NCBI GenBank assembly: GCA_023142595.1
Contig: JAGLJF010000027.1
Span: forward strand, 1 to 61,453
Source: Minisyncoccota bacterium
GTDB taxonomy: Bacteria > Patescibacteriota > Minisyncoccia > JAHIHE01 > JAGLIN01
DNA: 61,453 nucleotides
Reading direction: 5' to 3'
Positions within the stretch are counted from its first letter, which is position 1; each line of letters opens with the position of its first letter. This document shows positions 50,335 to 60,400 of this stretch, piece after piece. Position numbers and translations under genes: made by a program. The notes under the pieces are model-generated. The model had not been told where the DNA came from, searched no databases, and saw nothing but the letters and a program-made list of their open reading frames with translations.

Positions 50335-51240
50335 ATGACTTGGATTGCCATAGCCATTGTTGCTCATTTTCTAAATGCGACTGTCAGTATAATCGATAAA
50401 TATATTGTCTCAAACACAGTACTTAAACCTGTTGTTTACACCTTCTATTCTGGAGTTTTTCAAGTTCTTTTTCTCTTATTGATTCCATTTATTGGCTTTT
50501 CTATGCCACATATCAATCTTTTTCTTCTTGGAGTTGGTACGGGAGCACTTTTTATATTAACATTACTAATTTTCTATAAAGCCCTCAAAATTAGTGAAGC
50601 GTCCAGAGTCATTCCAGTCATTGGAGCAAGCGTACCAATTTTTATTGTTTTTCTTTCATATTTTATTCTTGGTGAATTTTTGACATCCGTCCAAATTTTA
50701 GCTTTTGCCTTTTTTGTTGTCGGAGGATTTCTCTTGTCACTGAAACGCACCCAAGAGGCATTTTCACTTTTTCCGGGATTCAAATTAGCGATTCTGGCAG
50801 GATTCTTGTTTGCACTATATTATACTCTGATTAAATTCATGTATTTAGATGTGACATTTTTTGATGGATTTATTCTTCTGCAAATTGGAGGTTTTCTTGG
50901 ATCTATTATTCTTCTCATTTTCAAGAGCAATCGAGTGAAAATATTTTCCACTCCAGATACAATTAAAAAAAGTACAGCATATCTTTTTCTTCCAGCAAAA
51001 ATTCTGGCCGCGGCTGCTGCGATTATGATTTTTTATGCAATCTCCATGGAAGGAAGTAAAGTCTCAATTATTAACTCTCTGCAGGCGTTTCAATATGTTT
51101 TTGTTTTATTCTTTGCAATTATTCTTTCCAAGAAAATTCCATCTCTTTTTCACGAACAACTCAATAAAAGATTGCTCAGAAGAAAAATTGTGGCAATTGT
51201 TGTAATTGGTGCGGGATTGTTTTTGCTGGCGATTGGATAA
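50335..51240 (+). CDS. DMT/EamA family transporter
   Basis: About 10 TM; YKALKISEASRVIP, LGEFLT. Confidence 0.85.
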   Translation: MTWIAIAIVAHFLNATVSIIDKYIVSNTVLKPVVYTFYSGVFQVLFLLLIPFIGFSMPHINLFLLGVGTGALFILTLLIFYKALKISEASRVIPVIGASVPIFIVFLSYFILGEFLTSVQILAFAFFVVGGFLLSLKRTQEAFSLFPGFKLAILAGFLFALYYTLIKFMYLDVTFFDGFILLQIGGFLGSIILLIFKSNRVKIFSTPDTIKKSTAYLFLPAKILAAAAAIMIFYAISMEGSKVSIINSLQAFQYVFVLFFAIILSKKIPSLFHEQLNKRLLRRKIVAIVVIGAGLFLLAIG

Positions 51241-51253
51241 AAAAAGAGTAGGA

Positions 51254-51670
51254 TCAAGTCCTACTTATGATTCTGCTTTCGAGATATTCCTCTCCCGCTT
51301 TAATTGCTATTTTAATTTTTTTCTTGCTGGGTTCTAATAATATTTTATTATTAATTCCACACCGTTCATGCTTTATGGAAGTTTTTTGAAAATTTTCAAT
51401 TGTAAGCGGACAGCTATGCTCTAATAAATATATAAGTTTATGTTCTGTAGCATGCCATTGTGATGCTTCATAATAGCAGACTAAAGAGCAATAAACAAGT
51501 ATTATTACTGATAAAATAATTATAAACACTGCTGTTTGGATTAATGTTAATAACTTAGTCATTACGAAAAGTATTATAAAAAATCTTAGCAATGAAAAAA
51601 TATCTTCAGCAATAATCCAGTCTTTTCCGTCAGAAATGACTAGTCCAAATGGATGAGAATGACCATACAT
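51254..51670 (-). CDS. Hypothetical membrane ORFan (cassette)
   Basis: AAGGAGGAG SD, TTGACA promoter (minus strand, 51739-51734), terminator overlapping the stop. Confidence 0.6.
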   Translation of the reverse strand: MYGHSHPFGLVISDGKDWIIAEDIFSLLRFFIILFVMTKLLTLIQTAVFIIILSVIILVYCSLVCYYEASQWHATEHKLIYLLEHSCPLTIENFQKTSIKHERCGINNKILLEPSKKKIKIAIKAGEEYLESRIISRT

Positions 51671-51775
51671 TTACAACTCCTCCTTGTTTATTAAATTCCT
51701 TGATATTCAAAAAATAACATAGGACTACAGCCGTGTCAATGATACAAATCTGGTAATTCATTGAAAAAAATATTT

Positions 51776-51806
51776 GTCATTTCGAATCCCGTAGGGTGAG
51801 AAATCT
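51776..51806 (+). repeat. GTCAT-type REP variant
   Basis: gtcatttcgaatcccgtagggtgagaaatct. Confidence 0.55.
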
Positions 51807-51836
51807 ATGAACTATATTAGCAAGATTTAAATAATT

Positions 51837-51868
51837 TTCAAACCTCCTAGCCTTTTTGTCAGGGGGAA
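51837..51868 (-). repeat. CCCCCTGA-type repeat (copy 2, degenerate)
   Basis: Reverse complement ttccccctgacaaaaaggctaggaggtttgaa resembles 24221-24254. Confidence 0.55.
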
Positions 51869-51906
51869 CTAACGAGATTTAAAAAAACATAAAGAAATAA
51901 ATAATT

Positions 51907-52944
51907 ATGAAATTTAATTTATTTTCAAAGAATAAAAAAAATAAACGGAAGTTGTTTTCAAAAAAGAATATAATAATATTTTTTATATTTTTTTCAATGT
52001 TAATTACTATTGTTGCTCTTTTGATGCCGAGGCAAAATATGAAAGTTGTTTATGGCGTTACTTTTAGTAAGGCTTTTGCTCAACATCTCGGACTTGATTG
52101 GAAAGAGACATATTTGGCGCTTTTGGATGATGCAGGAGTGAAAAAGGTTCGATTGCCTTCATATTGGAATGAAATTGAAAATGAGAGAGGAGAATATTTT
52201 TTTGAAGATTTGGATTGGCAGATTGAGGAAGCGGAAAAAAGGGGAGTTGAAGTTGTTGTGTCTTTGGGTCAAAAGCAACCTCGCTGGCCTGAATGTCACA
52301 TTCCTACTTGGGCTGAAAATCTACCAGAATCACAAAGACAGGATGAATTGATTAAGTCCATTTCAACAGTTGTTAATCGATACAAAGGTAAAAATAACAT
52401 AACAGCTTGGCAAGTTGAGAATGAACCATTTTTGCCATATGGAGAATGTCCGAAATTAGACAAGAATTTTTTGGATAGAGAAATTGCGAAAGTTCGCGAA
52501 TTGGATAGTCGTCCGATTATAATTTCAGATAGTGGTGAGTTGGGAACTTGGTATAGCGCAGGAAAAAGAGCTGATATTTTAGGCACAACTCTCTATAGAA
52601 TTGTTTGGAATGATCGCATAGGATATATTCACTATCCAACCCCCTCCGTGATTTATAGATTAAAAGCGGCAATAATTATGTTTATAACCGGAGTTGATAA
52701 AATTATTATAGTTGAATTACAAGGAGAGCCGTGGGGACCAAAAATGATTACTGAGACTGCATTAGAAGACCAATATAAATCAATGGATCCAGAACAATTT
52801 CAAAAAAATATTGATTATGTGAAAGGAATTGAATTTTCTGAGGCATATCTTTGGGGAGGAGAATGGTGGTATTGGCTGAAAACTGAAAAAAATGATGATA
52901 GGATTTGGAATATAGCCAAGAAGACTTTTCGTAATTCAAAGTGA
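51907..52944 (+). CDS. Membrane-anchored clan GH-A glycoside hydrolase (GH5/GH42-like)
   Basis: N-terminal TM; VRLPSYWNEIE, WQVENEP acid/base motif, VELQGEPW. Confidence 0.8.
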   Translation: MKFNLFSKNKKNKRKLFSKKNIIIFFIFFSMLITIVALLMPRQNMKVVYGVTFSKAFAQHLGLDWKETYLALLDDAGVKKVRLPSYWNEIENERGEYFFEDLDWQIEEAEKRGVEVVVSLGQKQPRWPECHIPTWAENLPESQRQDELIKSISTVVNRYKGKNNITAWQVENEPFLPYGECPKLDKNFLDREIAKVRELDSRPIIISDSGELGTWYSAGKRADILGTTLYRIVWNDRIGYIHYPTPSVIYRLKAAIIMFITGVDKIIIVELQGEPWGPKMITETALEDQYKSMDPEQFQKNIDYVKGIEFSEAYLWGGEWWYWLKTEKNDDRIWNIAKKTFRNSK

Positions 52945-52988
52945 TTAAAACATTGAAATTCTTTTTTTAAAAAATAATAAACAATCTT

Positions 52989-53915
52989 ATGATTAACATA
53001 TACAAAAAAACCCTCAAAGATACAAAATTAAAAAAAATCAAAGCTTTTGAAAAGGGAAGCTGGATATCAGTTGTTAATCCAGATATAGATGAGATTGAAA
53101 GATTGGAAAAGGAATTGGGACTTGATTTGACGATTGTTGAAGATGCTTTGGATGAAAATGAACTTTCTAGAGTGGAAAAAAATGATGGTATATTTTATAT
53201 GATTATTCGTTTTCCGACTCAAAGTGATTCTATCGCTGGTACGATTACTTTGCCATTGCTCGTAGTTATAACTGATGACAACATCATTACACTTTCAAAA
53301 GAAGAGAATAATATAATTAATAATATAGCAAAAAAATTTCCTCATTTTTATACAGTTCACAAGACAAATTTTTTGATGAAGATTATTATTGAAGTTTTTA
53401 ATAGTTATGACAAATACCTTAACAGAATTTTAAAAGATATTAAAATAAAGAAAATCAAAATTGATAATTTAAATAATAAAGACATTTTATTTCTTGTTCA
53501 AGAAGAAGAAACTTTGAATGATTTTGAATCTTCGATTGTTCCTATTATCAGCAATTTAGAGAGAATGTTAAGCGGGAGATATATACATATATATAAAAAA
53601 GATAAGGATGAAATTGAAGATTTGTTTATGGATAGCAAGCAGACACTTGAAATTTCAAGAGTTGCGTTGAAGTCGATTAAGAATATTAGAGAAGCTTATT
53701 CAACGATACTAACAAATGAACTTAATAGGGTTATAAAGATTCTGACAATTGCGACGATTGTCCTGACAATTCCTACGATAATTTCTAGTATATACGGGAT
53801 GAATGTTCCTCTGCCACTTGATCACAGTCCTTTTGCGTTTTTATATGTTATGTTGTTGATAGTTTTTATGTCTGTAGCCTTTTTATGGCTTTTAATTAGG
53901 CGAAGATGGATTTGA
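52989..53915 (+). CDS. corA: CorA family Mg2+ transporter
   Basis: DALDENE, LNRVIKILT, YGMNV signature, two C-terminal TMs. Confidence 0.93.
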   Translation: MINIYKKTLKDTKLKKIKAFEKGSWISVVNPDIDEIERLEKELGLDLTIVEDALDENELSRVEKNDGIFYMIIRFPTQSDSIAGTITLPLLVVITDDNIITLSKEENNIINNIAKKFPHFYTVHKTNFLMKIIIEVFNSYDKYLNRILKDIKIKKIKIDNLNNKDILFLVQEEETLNDFESSIVPIISNLERMLSGRYIHIYKKDKDEIEDLFMDSKQTLEISRVALKSIKNIREAYSTILTNELNRVIKILTIATIVLTIPTIISSIYGMNVPLPLDHSPFAFLYVMLLIVFMSVAFLWLLIRRRWI

Positions 53916-54098
53916 GGATATAAAAGTTGGACGAATTTAAAACATTATGCCAAAAATATGAATTTTTTGAAAAATAACAAAATATTGTTTTAATTTGTGG
54001 GCTATTGACTAAAATTTAATTTGATAGTAAGATTAGATTATAATTTATAGTTTAAAAATCAAAAATGGCCTTGAGAGGCTGTTTTAAAATCAAAAAAA

Positions 54099-54287
54099 AT
54101 GAATATATTCAAAAAGTTGAAAAAGTACTTCGTTGAAGTTAAGTCTGAAATAAAGAAGGTTAGCTGGCCTTCTAGAAAGGTTGCTATAAAGGATTCGACT
54201 ATTGTTGTTATTATTAGTCTAGTAACCGCTTCATTTTTAGGAGGTATGGATTTTGTACTAGATAAGATAATTAAAAATTTGTTTTAA
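54099..54287 (+). CDS. secE: Preprotein translocase subunit SecE
   Basis: EIKKVSWPS motif, single TM, upstream of nusG. Confidence 0.93.
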   Translation: MNIFKKLKKYFVEVKSEIKKVSWPSRKVAIKDSTIVVIISLVTASFLGGMDFVLDKIIKNLF

Positions 54288-54332
54288 AACAAATTTTCAC
54301 TTCAGCTTTATTTAATCATTAAATATAAAGAT

Positions 54333-54878
54333 ATGCCAAAACAAACGGCAGATTTTGGAAGAAATTGGTATGTTCTGCACACATATTCTGGTTACGAAGA
54401 TAATGTCTGTAGAAATTTGAAACAAAGAATTGAATCAATGGGAATGGAAGAAAAGATATTTGATGTACTAGTTCCGAAAGAAAAGAAAATAAAAATTAAA
54501 AATGGAAAGAGAAAGGTTCTAGAAGAAAGAATTTTCCCTGGATATGTTATGGTGGAGATGATTGTAAACGATGATTCTTGGTATGTTGTTCGGAATACTC
54601 CAAATGTAACTGGTTTTGTTGGATCAGGGACTACTCCAACTCCAATATCAGAAGAGGAGATGACTGCCTTGAAAAGAAGAATGGGTGTCAAAGAGCCAAA
54701 ATACAAAATTGATGTTGCAAAAGGTGATATTATTAAAATCATTGATGGTCCTTTCAAAGAATTCGATGGAAAAGTTGAAGATGTTGATGAAGAAAAAGGA
54801 AAAATCAAAGTCCTTGTGCAAATGTTTGGCAGGGAAACTCCTTTGGAATTAGACTTCTTGCAGATAAAGAAAATATAA
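54333..54878 (+). CDS. nusG: Transcription factor NusG
   Basis: WYVLHTYSGYE, FPGYV, VRNTPNVTGFVG, KOW motif, MFGRETP. Confidence 0.98.
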   Translation: MPKQTADFGRNWYVLHTYSGYEDNVCRNLKQRIESMGMEEKIFDVLVPKEKKIKIKNGKRKVLEERIFPGYVMVEMIVNDDSWYVVRNTPNVTGFVGSGTTPTPISEEEMTALKRRMGVKEPKYKIDVAKGDIIKIIDGPFKEFDGKVEDVDEEKGKIKVLVQMFGRETPLELDFLQIKKI

Positions 54879-54897
54879 TAATTAATACTAAACGATT

Positions 54898-55323
54898 ATG
54901 GCAAAAAAAATTGAAAAATTAGTGAAACTTCAAATACCAGCAGGTAAAGCGAATCCAGCTCCTCCAATCGGTCCTGCTCTAGGTCAAGCTGGAATTAACA
55001 TACAAGAATTTTGTACGAGGTTTAATAATGACACCAAGGATATGGGCGGGGACATTGTTCCTGTTGAAATTTCTGTATATGAAGACAAATCATATACATT
55101 TATAACAAAAACGCCTCCCGCTTCAGCGCTTATAAAAAAGTTTTCTGGCGTTAAAAAGGGGTCAAAAGAACCACAAAAAGAAAAAGTTGGGAAACTTACA
55201 AAAGCTCAATTGAAGGAAATCGCAGAAATCAAAATGAAAGATTTAAATGCTAATGATATTGAAGGCGCAATGAAAATTATTGGTGGTACTGCGAAAAATA
55301 TGGGAATAACAATTGAAGACTAG
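54898..55323 (+). CDS. rplK: 50S ribosomal protein L11
   Basis: [35 protein letters not shown]. Confidence 0.98.
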   Translation: MAKKIEKLVKLQIPAGKANPAPPIGPALGQAGINIQEFCTRFNNDTKDMGGDIVPVEISVYEDKSYTFITKTPPASALIKKFSGVKKGSKEPQKEKVGKLTKAQLKEIAEIKMKDLNANDIEGAMKIIGGTAKNMGITIED

Positions 55324-55350
55324 ATCTAATTTAATTTTTATCTATCAAAA

Positions 55351-55809
55351 ATGAGTGAACAACTTATGAAAAAGAAAAGTTCTTGGAAATATAATTCGGT
55401 TTTATTTGTACTAGTTTTAATACTATTAGCTTCTATTGTTTTTGTTTTCAAAACGGAAACTGCATCTAAAAACGAAATCGCAAATAATATAACCGAAGAA
55501 TTAAAGACTGATATCTCTGTTTCTTTGAAAATTATAAATGAAGAAGAAAATATATACGAATTAAATAATATTTCAAGTGAATTAACCGTATTTGACATTA
55601 CAAAAGAAAACACTGACTTGGAATATAATAATAATTATGATTTTGGAGTTTTTATAGAGAGTGTAAATGGAATTAAGAACGGTGATGAGGGAATGTATTG
55701 GCAATATTATATTAATGATAAATTGGGTGATGTAGCGGCTGATAAAAAAAATCTAGAGGATGAGGATGTTGTTGAGTGGAGATTTGAAGATGTTTCTAGT
55801 TTTAATTAA
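55351..55809 (+). CDS. Membrane-anchored DUF4430 (transcobalamin C-terminal-like) protein
   Basis: N-terminal TM; FGVFIESVNGI..G..YWQYYIND..G..AAD..L.DED.VEWRF pattern. Confidence 0.75.
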   Translation: MSEQLMKKKSSWKYNSVLFVLVLILLASIVFVFKTETASKNEIANNITEELKTDISVSLKIINEEENIYELNNISSELTVFDITKENTDLEYNNNYDFGVFIESVNGIKNGDEGMYWQYYINDKLGDVAADKKNLEDEDVVEWRFEDVSSFN

Positions 55810-55813
55810 GAAT

Positions 55814-56371
55814 ATGAATCAAAAATCAAAAATATTCATAGCAATGATGTTGATTGTTTTGGGAGTTATTGGAAGATTTGTGTTTATTGAATATATCGGT
55901 ATTCCTAATTTTGAAATTATCACAACCATATCATTGATTGCTGGCATTTATCTTGGAGGAATGTATATCGCTGTTATACCGTTGTCTGTCATTTTTATTA
56001 GTGATTTGATTATCGGAAATAATTTCATATTATTGTTTACTTGGTCAGCATTTTTATTTATATCACTTGTAGGATATTTTTTTAGAAATAAAGTTAAAAA
56101 AAATATAATAATTGGTTCTATTTCAGTTTCACTACTTAGCTCAATATTTTTCTATTTATACACAAACTTTGGTTGGTGGATTATGTCGGGAATGTATGAA
56201 CATACCTTATCTGGATTATTGAGGTGTTATTATATGGCTCTTCCTTTTTTTAGAAATAATCTTGTTGGAAATTTGGTTTTGGTGCCTATGGGAGTTTGGA
56301 GTTTTTCGAAGGTGTTGGCTTACTTGAAAATAAAAAATATTGTTTATAGTAAATTACAAACTAGAATTTGA
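55814..56371 (+). CDS. DUF6580-like ECF S-component-type membrane transporter
   Basis: About 6 TM; PNFE, ISDL, FFYLYTNFG.W, MY.HT.SGL..CY.MALPFF; ATG at 55814 lies 4 nt after the upstream stop. Confidence 0.7.
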   Translation: MNQKSKIFIAMMLIVLGVIGRFVFIEYIGIPNFEIITTISLIAGIYLGGMYIAVIPLSVIFISDLIIGNNFILLFTWSAFLFISLVGYFFRNKVKKNIIIGSISVSLLSSIFFYLYTNFGWWIMSGMYEHTLSGLLRCYYMALPFFRNNLVGNLVLVPMGVWSFSKVLAYLKIKNIVYSKLQTRI

Positions 56372-56433
56372 ATTCAAATTTATTTTTTGTAGTCAGGTTT
56401 TAGTGAATAATTAAAATAATTTAACAACTAATC

Positions 56434-56474
56434 GTGGGAGCGTTAATAATTAATAAATAACGCGCTCGAACCAC
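56434..56474 (+). promoter_or_regulatory. Ribosomal protein L1 autoregulatory leader
   Basis: GTGGGAG-gcgtta..taacgc-...AACCAC architecture immediately before the rplA SD. Confidence 0.7.
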
Positions 56475-56488
56475 AGAAGGAAAAAACA

Positions 56489-57169
56489 ATGAATAGATCA
56501 AAAAGGTACAAAAGCGTCAAAGAAAAAATTGACAGAACTAAGGCTTATGGAATTGATGAAGCTATGAAGATGTTGATTGATGGTGCAAATGCAAAATTCG
56601 ATGAAAGTGTGGAAGTTCACTTTAGAACCAATATTAATCCAAAACAAGCTGATCAGCAAATTAGAGGTTCGATAGTTTTGCCTCATGGAACTGGAAAAGA
56701 AAAAAAGATTGCAGTTTTTGCAGAAGGTGATCAAGCTCAAGAAGCAAAAGACGCTGGAGCTGAAATTGTTGGCGGAGAAGAACTTGTAGCGCAAATTAAA
56801 AAAACAAAAACAGTTGATTTTGACGTAGCAGTTGCGACGCCAGATATGATGAGAAAGTTGGCGATGGTAGCAAAGGTTCTTGGACCAAAAGGATTGATGC
56901 CGTCACCAAAAACAGAGACCGTGACCACTGATATCAAAAAGACAGTAGAGCAGTTGAAAAAAGGAAAAATTAATTTCAAAAACGATGATACGGGAAATGT
57001 TCATCAGTTAGTTGGAAAAATTTCTTTTGGAGAAAATAAACTTAAGGAAAATATCAAAACTTTTGTGCAAAATATGAGAGATTCCAAACCATCTGGAGCT
57101 AAAGGCGATTACATAAAGAATGTTGTAATTACTTCTTCTATGGGAGCTGGAATTAAAATTGATTTATAA
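56489..57169 (+). CDS. rplA: 50S ribosomal protein L1
   Basis: [39 protein letters not shown]. Confidence 0.98.
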   Translation: MNRSKRYKSVKEKIDRTKAYGIDEAMKMLIDGANAKFDESVEVHFRTNINPKQADQQIRGSIVLPHGTGKEKKIAVFAEGDQAQEAKDAGAEIVGGEELVAQIKKTKTVDFDVAVATPDMMRKLAMVAKVLGPKGLMPSPKTETVTTDIKKTVEQLKKGKINFKNDDTGNVHQLVGKISFGENKLKENIKTFVQNMRDSKPSGAKGDYIKNVVITSSMGAGIKIDL

Positions 57170-57186
57170 TCTAATTTCTGTAAATT

Positions 57187-57717
57187 ATGGAAATAAAAAA
57201 TAAAATAATTACTGATTATGAAAAATTAGCAGAGCTTATCAAGGCTCAGCAAATTCTTGGAAATAATGTGGTTTGTACGATAGGTTCTTGGGATATGCTT
57301 CATATTGGGCATCTTCGATATTTGAATACTGCAAAACAACAAGGAGATATTCTCGTTGTTGGAGTTGATAGTGACAGAGCAATTAAAATTTATAAAAAAA
57401 ATTCATTGCGACCAGTGATCCCAGAAGAAGAGCGAATGGAAATGTTGAGTTATCAATCTTTTGTTGATTATGTGACGATTATTGATGATGTAAACGAGAA
57501 AGGTGATTGGGAGATGAATATCCTAAAAAAAGTAAATCCGGATGTTTTTGTTGCGATTGAAGAAAGTTATCCGAAAGAGCAACGCGAGGAAATTGAAAAA
57601 TTATGTGGAGAAATGAAACTTCTTGAAAGACAAGCTGAAAACACATCCACGAGTGATATAATCGAAAAAACTTTCAAAAAAAGATTAGAATATATTTTGT
57701 CTAATATCAAATTATGA
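57187..57717 (+). CDS. HIGH-superfamily cytidylyl/adenylyltransferase (TagD/RfaE-like)
   Basis: GSWDMLHIGH, LVVGVDSD, RP..PEEERMEML, TSTSDII. Confidence 0.9.
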   Translation: MEIKNKIITDYEKLAELIKAQQILGNNVVCTIGSWDMLHIGHLRYLNTAKQQGDILVVGVDSDRAIKIYKKNSLRPVIPEEERMEMLSYQSFVDYVTIIDDVNEKGDWEMNILKKVNPDVFVAIEESYPKEQREEIEKLCGEMKLLERQAENTSTSDIIEKTFKKRLEYILSNIKL

Positions 57718-58151
57718 AAAAAGTAGTTGATAAAAGATATGCGAAATCCAACGACTACAAAAAAACTCTTGAAACCATAGAGGAAACTGCTAAGTGTCCG
57801 TTTTGCAAAGAAAATTTCAAGTATCACAAAAAAAAGATATTGAAAAAAGAAAAAGGATGGTTTATTACTGAAAGTAGTTGGCCTTATGAGAATTCAAAAT
57901 TTCATTTTTTGATTATCTCAGAAAAGCATAAAGAGGAATTTGGAGATCTCAAGACATCTGATTTCAAAATAGTTTCAGAGTTAGTGAACTGGGCGATAAC
58001 GAAATATAAAATTAAGGGCGGAGCTTTAACTTTGCGGTTTGGCGATACAACTTACACTGGAGCATCAGTTTGTCATTTGCATTTTCACTTTATGGTTCCA
58101 GAAATTGATAAAAATGGAATGGCAAAGGTGATCAACTTTCCAATTGGGTAA
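57714..58151 (+). CDS. HIT-like nucleotide hydrolase/transferase
   Basis: CPFC, WPY, GASVCHLHFH; ATGA overlap with upstream gene. Confidence 0.8.
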   Translation: MKKVVDKRYAKSNDYKKTLETIEETAKCPFCKENFKYHKKKILKKEKGWFITESSWPYENSKFHFLIISEKHKEEFGDLKTSDFKIVSELVNWAITKYKIKGGALTLRFGDTTYTGASVCHLHFHFMVPEIDKNGMAKVINFPIG

Positions 58152-58234
58152 ATATTTTTTTGGAGATTAGGTTTTAATCTGGGATTACTACATTCTAAAT
58201 GGTGAATTCCAGGTTTTGATTATAAAATATTAAT

Positions 58235-59116
58235 ATGTGTAATATGACAAAAGAAAAAGTATTAATTTTCGGTGATTTTTCAGTATTCCACAAAGGATAT
58301 ATTTCATTTTTAAATGAAATTAAAAAAGACAAGTCTAAGCTTGTTTTTTTTGTAGGAATTTTAAGTGATGAACTCATTAAAGAACTAACATCCCTAGAAC
58401 CTGATATCAGAAAAGTTTCTGAAAAAGATATAAAGAATATAATTAACTCATATATTTTAGTTGAAGATTATTTTTCTGTAAATCAGAATAATTTTTCTCA
58501 AATTATTAGTGAACTAAAACCAAATAAAATATTCATTTTAAAAGGAGACAAAGGAGAGGATTTCGCAAATAAATATTTATCAGATAGCAAATATAAAGAT
58601 ATTATTGAATATCATGATATCAGATTGCGATGGTCTGATGATAAAGTGCAGGAATTTAAAAAAGAAGCGTCAGAATTGTCAAAAGAAGAGCTGAAAGAAC
58701 ATCAAAAGTTTATGAATGAAGCGTTAAAAGAAGCGGAGAAATCTAAATGCTGGTGGAGGCAGGTTGGAGCTGTGGCAGTTAAAAATGGGAAGATAATTTT
58801 TCGCGGATTTAATAGAATGCTTCCGACTGAAGATGAGTGCTATAAAATCGGATGCATTCGCGATTCAATTGAACCCGGAAAAGATCCGGAAGTTTGCAGT
58901 GTTACCCATGCCGAAGCGTCAATTATTTCTTTAGCGGCTTGCGATGGCGTTTCTTTGAAAGATACAATTTTATATGTTACTCATTTTCCATGCCCAGCTT
59001 GCGCCAAACTTGTTGCGTTAGCGGGGTTTAAAAAAGTTGTCTATACTCGCGGCTCGTCCGTTTTTGACGGAGAAAGGGTTATGACAAGCAGGGGAGTTGA
59101 TATTGTTAAGATTTGA
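58235..59116 (+). CDS. Degenerate nucleotidyltransferase-like domain fused to dCMP deaminase
   Basis: N-terminal GDFSVFHKGY (HxGH-like); C-terminal SKCWWRQVGAV, HAE, FPCPAC; start may be 58244. Confidence 0.85.
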   Translation: MCNMTKEKVLIFGDFSVFHKGYISFLNEIKKDKSKLVFFVGILSDELIKELTSLEPDIRKVSEKDIKNIINSYILVEDYFSVNQNNFSQIISELKPNKIFILKGDKGEDFANKYLSDSKYKDIIEYHDIRLRWSDDKVQEFKKEASELSKEELKEHQKFMNEALKEAEKSKCWWRQVGAVAVKNGKIIFRGFNRMLPTEDECYKIGCIRDSIEPGKDPEVCSVTHAEASIISLAACDGVSLKDTILYVTHFPCPACAKLVALAGFKKVVYTRGSSVFDGERVMTSRGVDIVKI

Positions 59117-59146
59117 TATTAGAATAAACCAAAAAGAGGGATTTAA

Positions 59147-59707
59147 ATGGAAGTAAAAAAAATAAATGGACTTGCTGATCTGTCTCCTGTTTTTGGAAAT
59201 ATTGAATATGTGCCATTAGCAACTTATTTATTTTCTAATATATGCATAGTGGTTGGCGAAGAGAGAAAAATAGTATTAGTTCTTACGGAAGACAGAATGA
59301 AAAAAAATATTTGGGTTCTTCCTGGAGGGGAACTTTGGTATAAAATTCATGAATCATTTGAGAATGCAGCAATAAGAGAAGTCGAAAAAGAAGAACTAGG
59401 GATAACTATCAATCCAGAGAAATTACAAATTTTTGATGCGCAAATCGGCTATCCTGTAGAAAGAAGTCCTTATGAGAAAGCAGGGATATCTTCTCCAATA
59501 ATTTCATATTTGTATTTTATAACAGAAAAAGAGTTTGCAAATATACATTTGAATAAAGTTTTTAAAAAAGGAGAAAACATTAAAAAAGTAATAGTAGAAC
59601 CAGTTCTTGATATTTTAGAAAAAATAGAGAACGGGAAAATAAGTGTATATCCAGAACTTTGGAAAACGCTACTTAAACTAAACAAATATTTAGCAGAAAG
59701 GAATTAA
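59147..59707 (+). CDS. NUDIX hydrolase (paralog 1)
   Basis: PGGELWYKIHESFENAAIREVEKEELGI. Confidence 0.8.
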   Translation: MEVKKINGLADLSPVFGNIEYVPLATYLFSNICIVVGEERKIVLVLTEDRMKKNIWVLPGGELWYKIHESFENAAIREVEKEELGITINPEKLQIFDAQIGYPVERSPYEKAGISSPIISYLYFITEKEFANIHLNKVFKKGENIKKVIVEPVLDILEKIENGKISVYPELWKTLLKLNKYLAERN

Positions 59708-59773
59708 TTCTTTCTCTTTTTTTGAATAAAAAAAGAGACAACCTTATGTAGGGTTGTCATTTGTCTGTTTGTG

Positions 59774-60400
59774 CTACTGGTTTTCTTTCAAGGTTTCTGA
59801 TACCCACATTTTAAATATATTTTCTTCCATGATGCTTAATCTATGGAATTTTGTGGATGGGGTATTTTGTGGCGGAGTGAATGTAATTTTGCTTTTAAAA
59901 TCTTCACCATATCTATCCGCAATTAGTTGACCAAGAAATTCTATTGAATCTAAACTTTCGCTTCCTGGGCAATCTGGTGCTTTAAGCAAATAATGTGGTT
60001 CATGACCTACATTGAAAATGATGCCAACAAATTCTTTATTTTTTTCTGTTGCCATTTCTTTTGCCACATCTTCTTCTGTTTTCCTTTCAAATATTCTCAA
60101 AAACAGAGATTGCAGGGTTAGGTCTTTGTCTCTTTCCTCAATTTCTTCACATTCTTCCTCTGAGATGAATAAAGGGAAAGGACCGAACATATCGCATATT
60201 CCTCGGAATGTATGCAATTCTTTTTTGCCATCATCTGCGTATAATCTAGACCCTACTCTTATTGTTTTCAATCCAGTTTCCATTTTGACAAGATCGAAAT
60301 TATCATTTTCGTCCATAGATAACTTGATGTTACCTAAAAACAACTCGTCTGGCTTTCTTTGCGGATGTTCTGTAAATACTTTTCTTATCATTTTCTTCAT
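59774..60400 (-). CDS. Hypothetical ORFan (cassette)
   Basis: ORF 59774-60436; AAGGAGG SD points to a start at 60400 or 60391; own TTGACA (60461-60456) and terminator (59730-59760). Confidence 0.6.
   Translation of the reverse strand: MKKMIRKVFTEHPQRKPDELFLGNIKLSMDENDNFDLVKMETGLKTIRVGSRLYADDGKKELHTFRGICDMFGPFPLFISEEECEEIEERDKDLTLQSLFLRIFERKTEEDVAKEMATEKNKEFVGIIFNVGHEPHYLLKAPDCPGSESLDSIEFLGQLIADRYGEDFKSKITFTPPQNTPSTKFHRLSIMEENIFKMWVSETLKENQ

Noticed and set aside
55323..55351. Cobalamin riboswitch upstream of the DUF4430 gene
   Set aside because: Only 27 nt of AT-rich spacer and no B12-box
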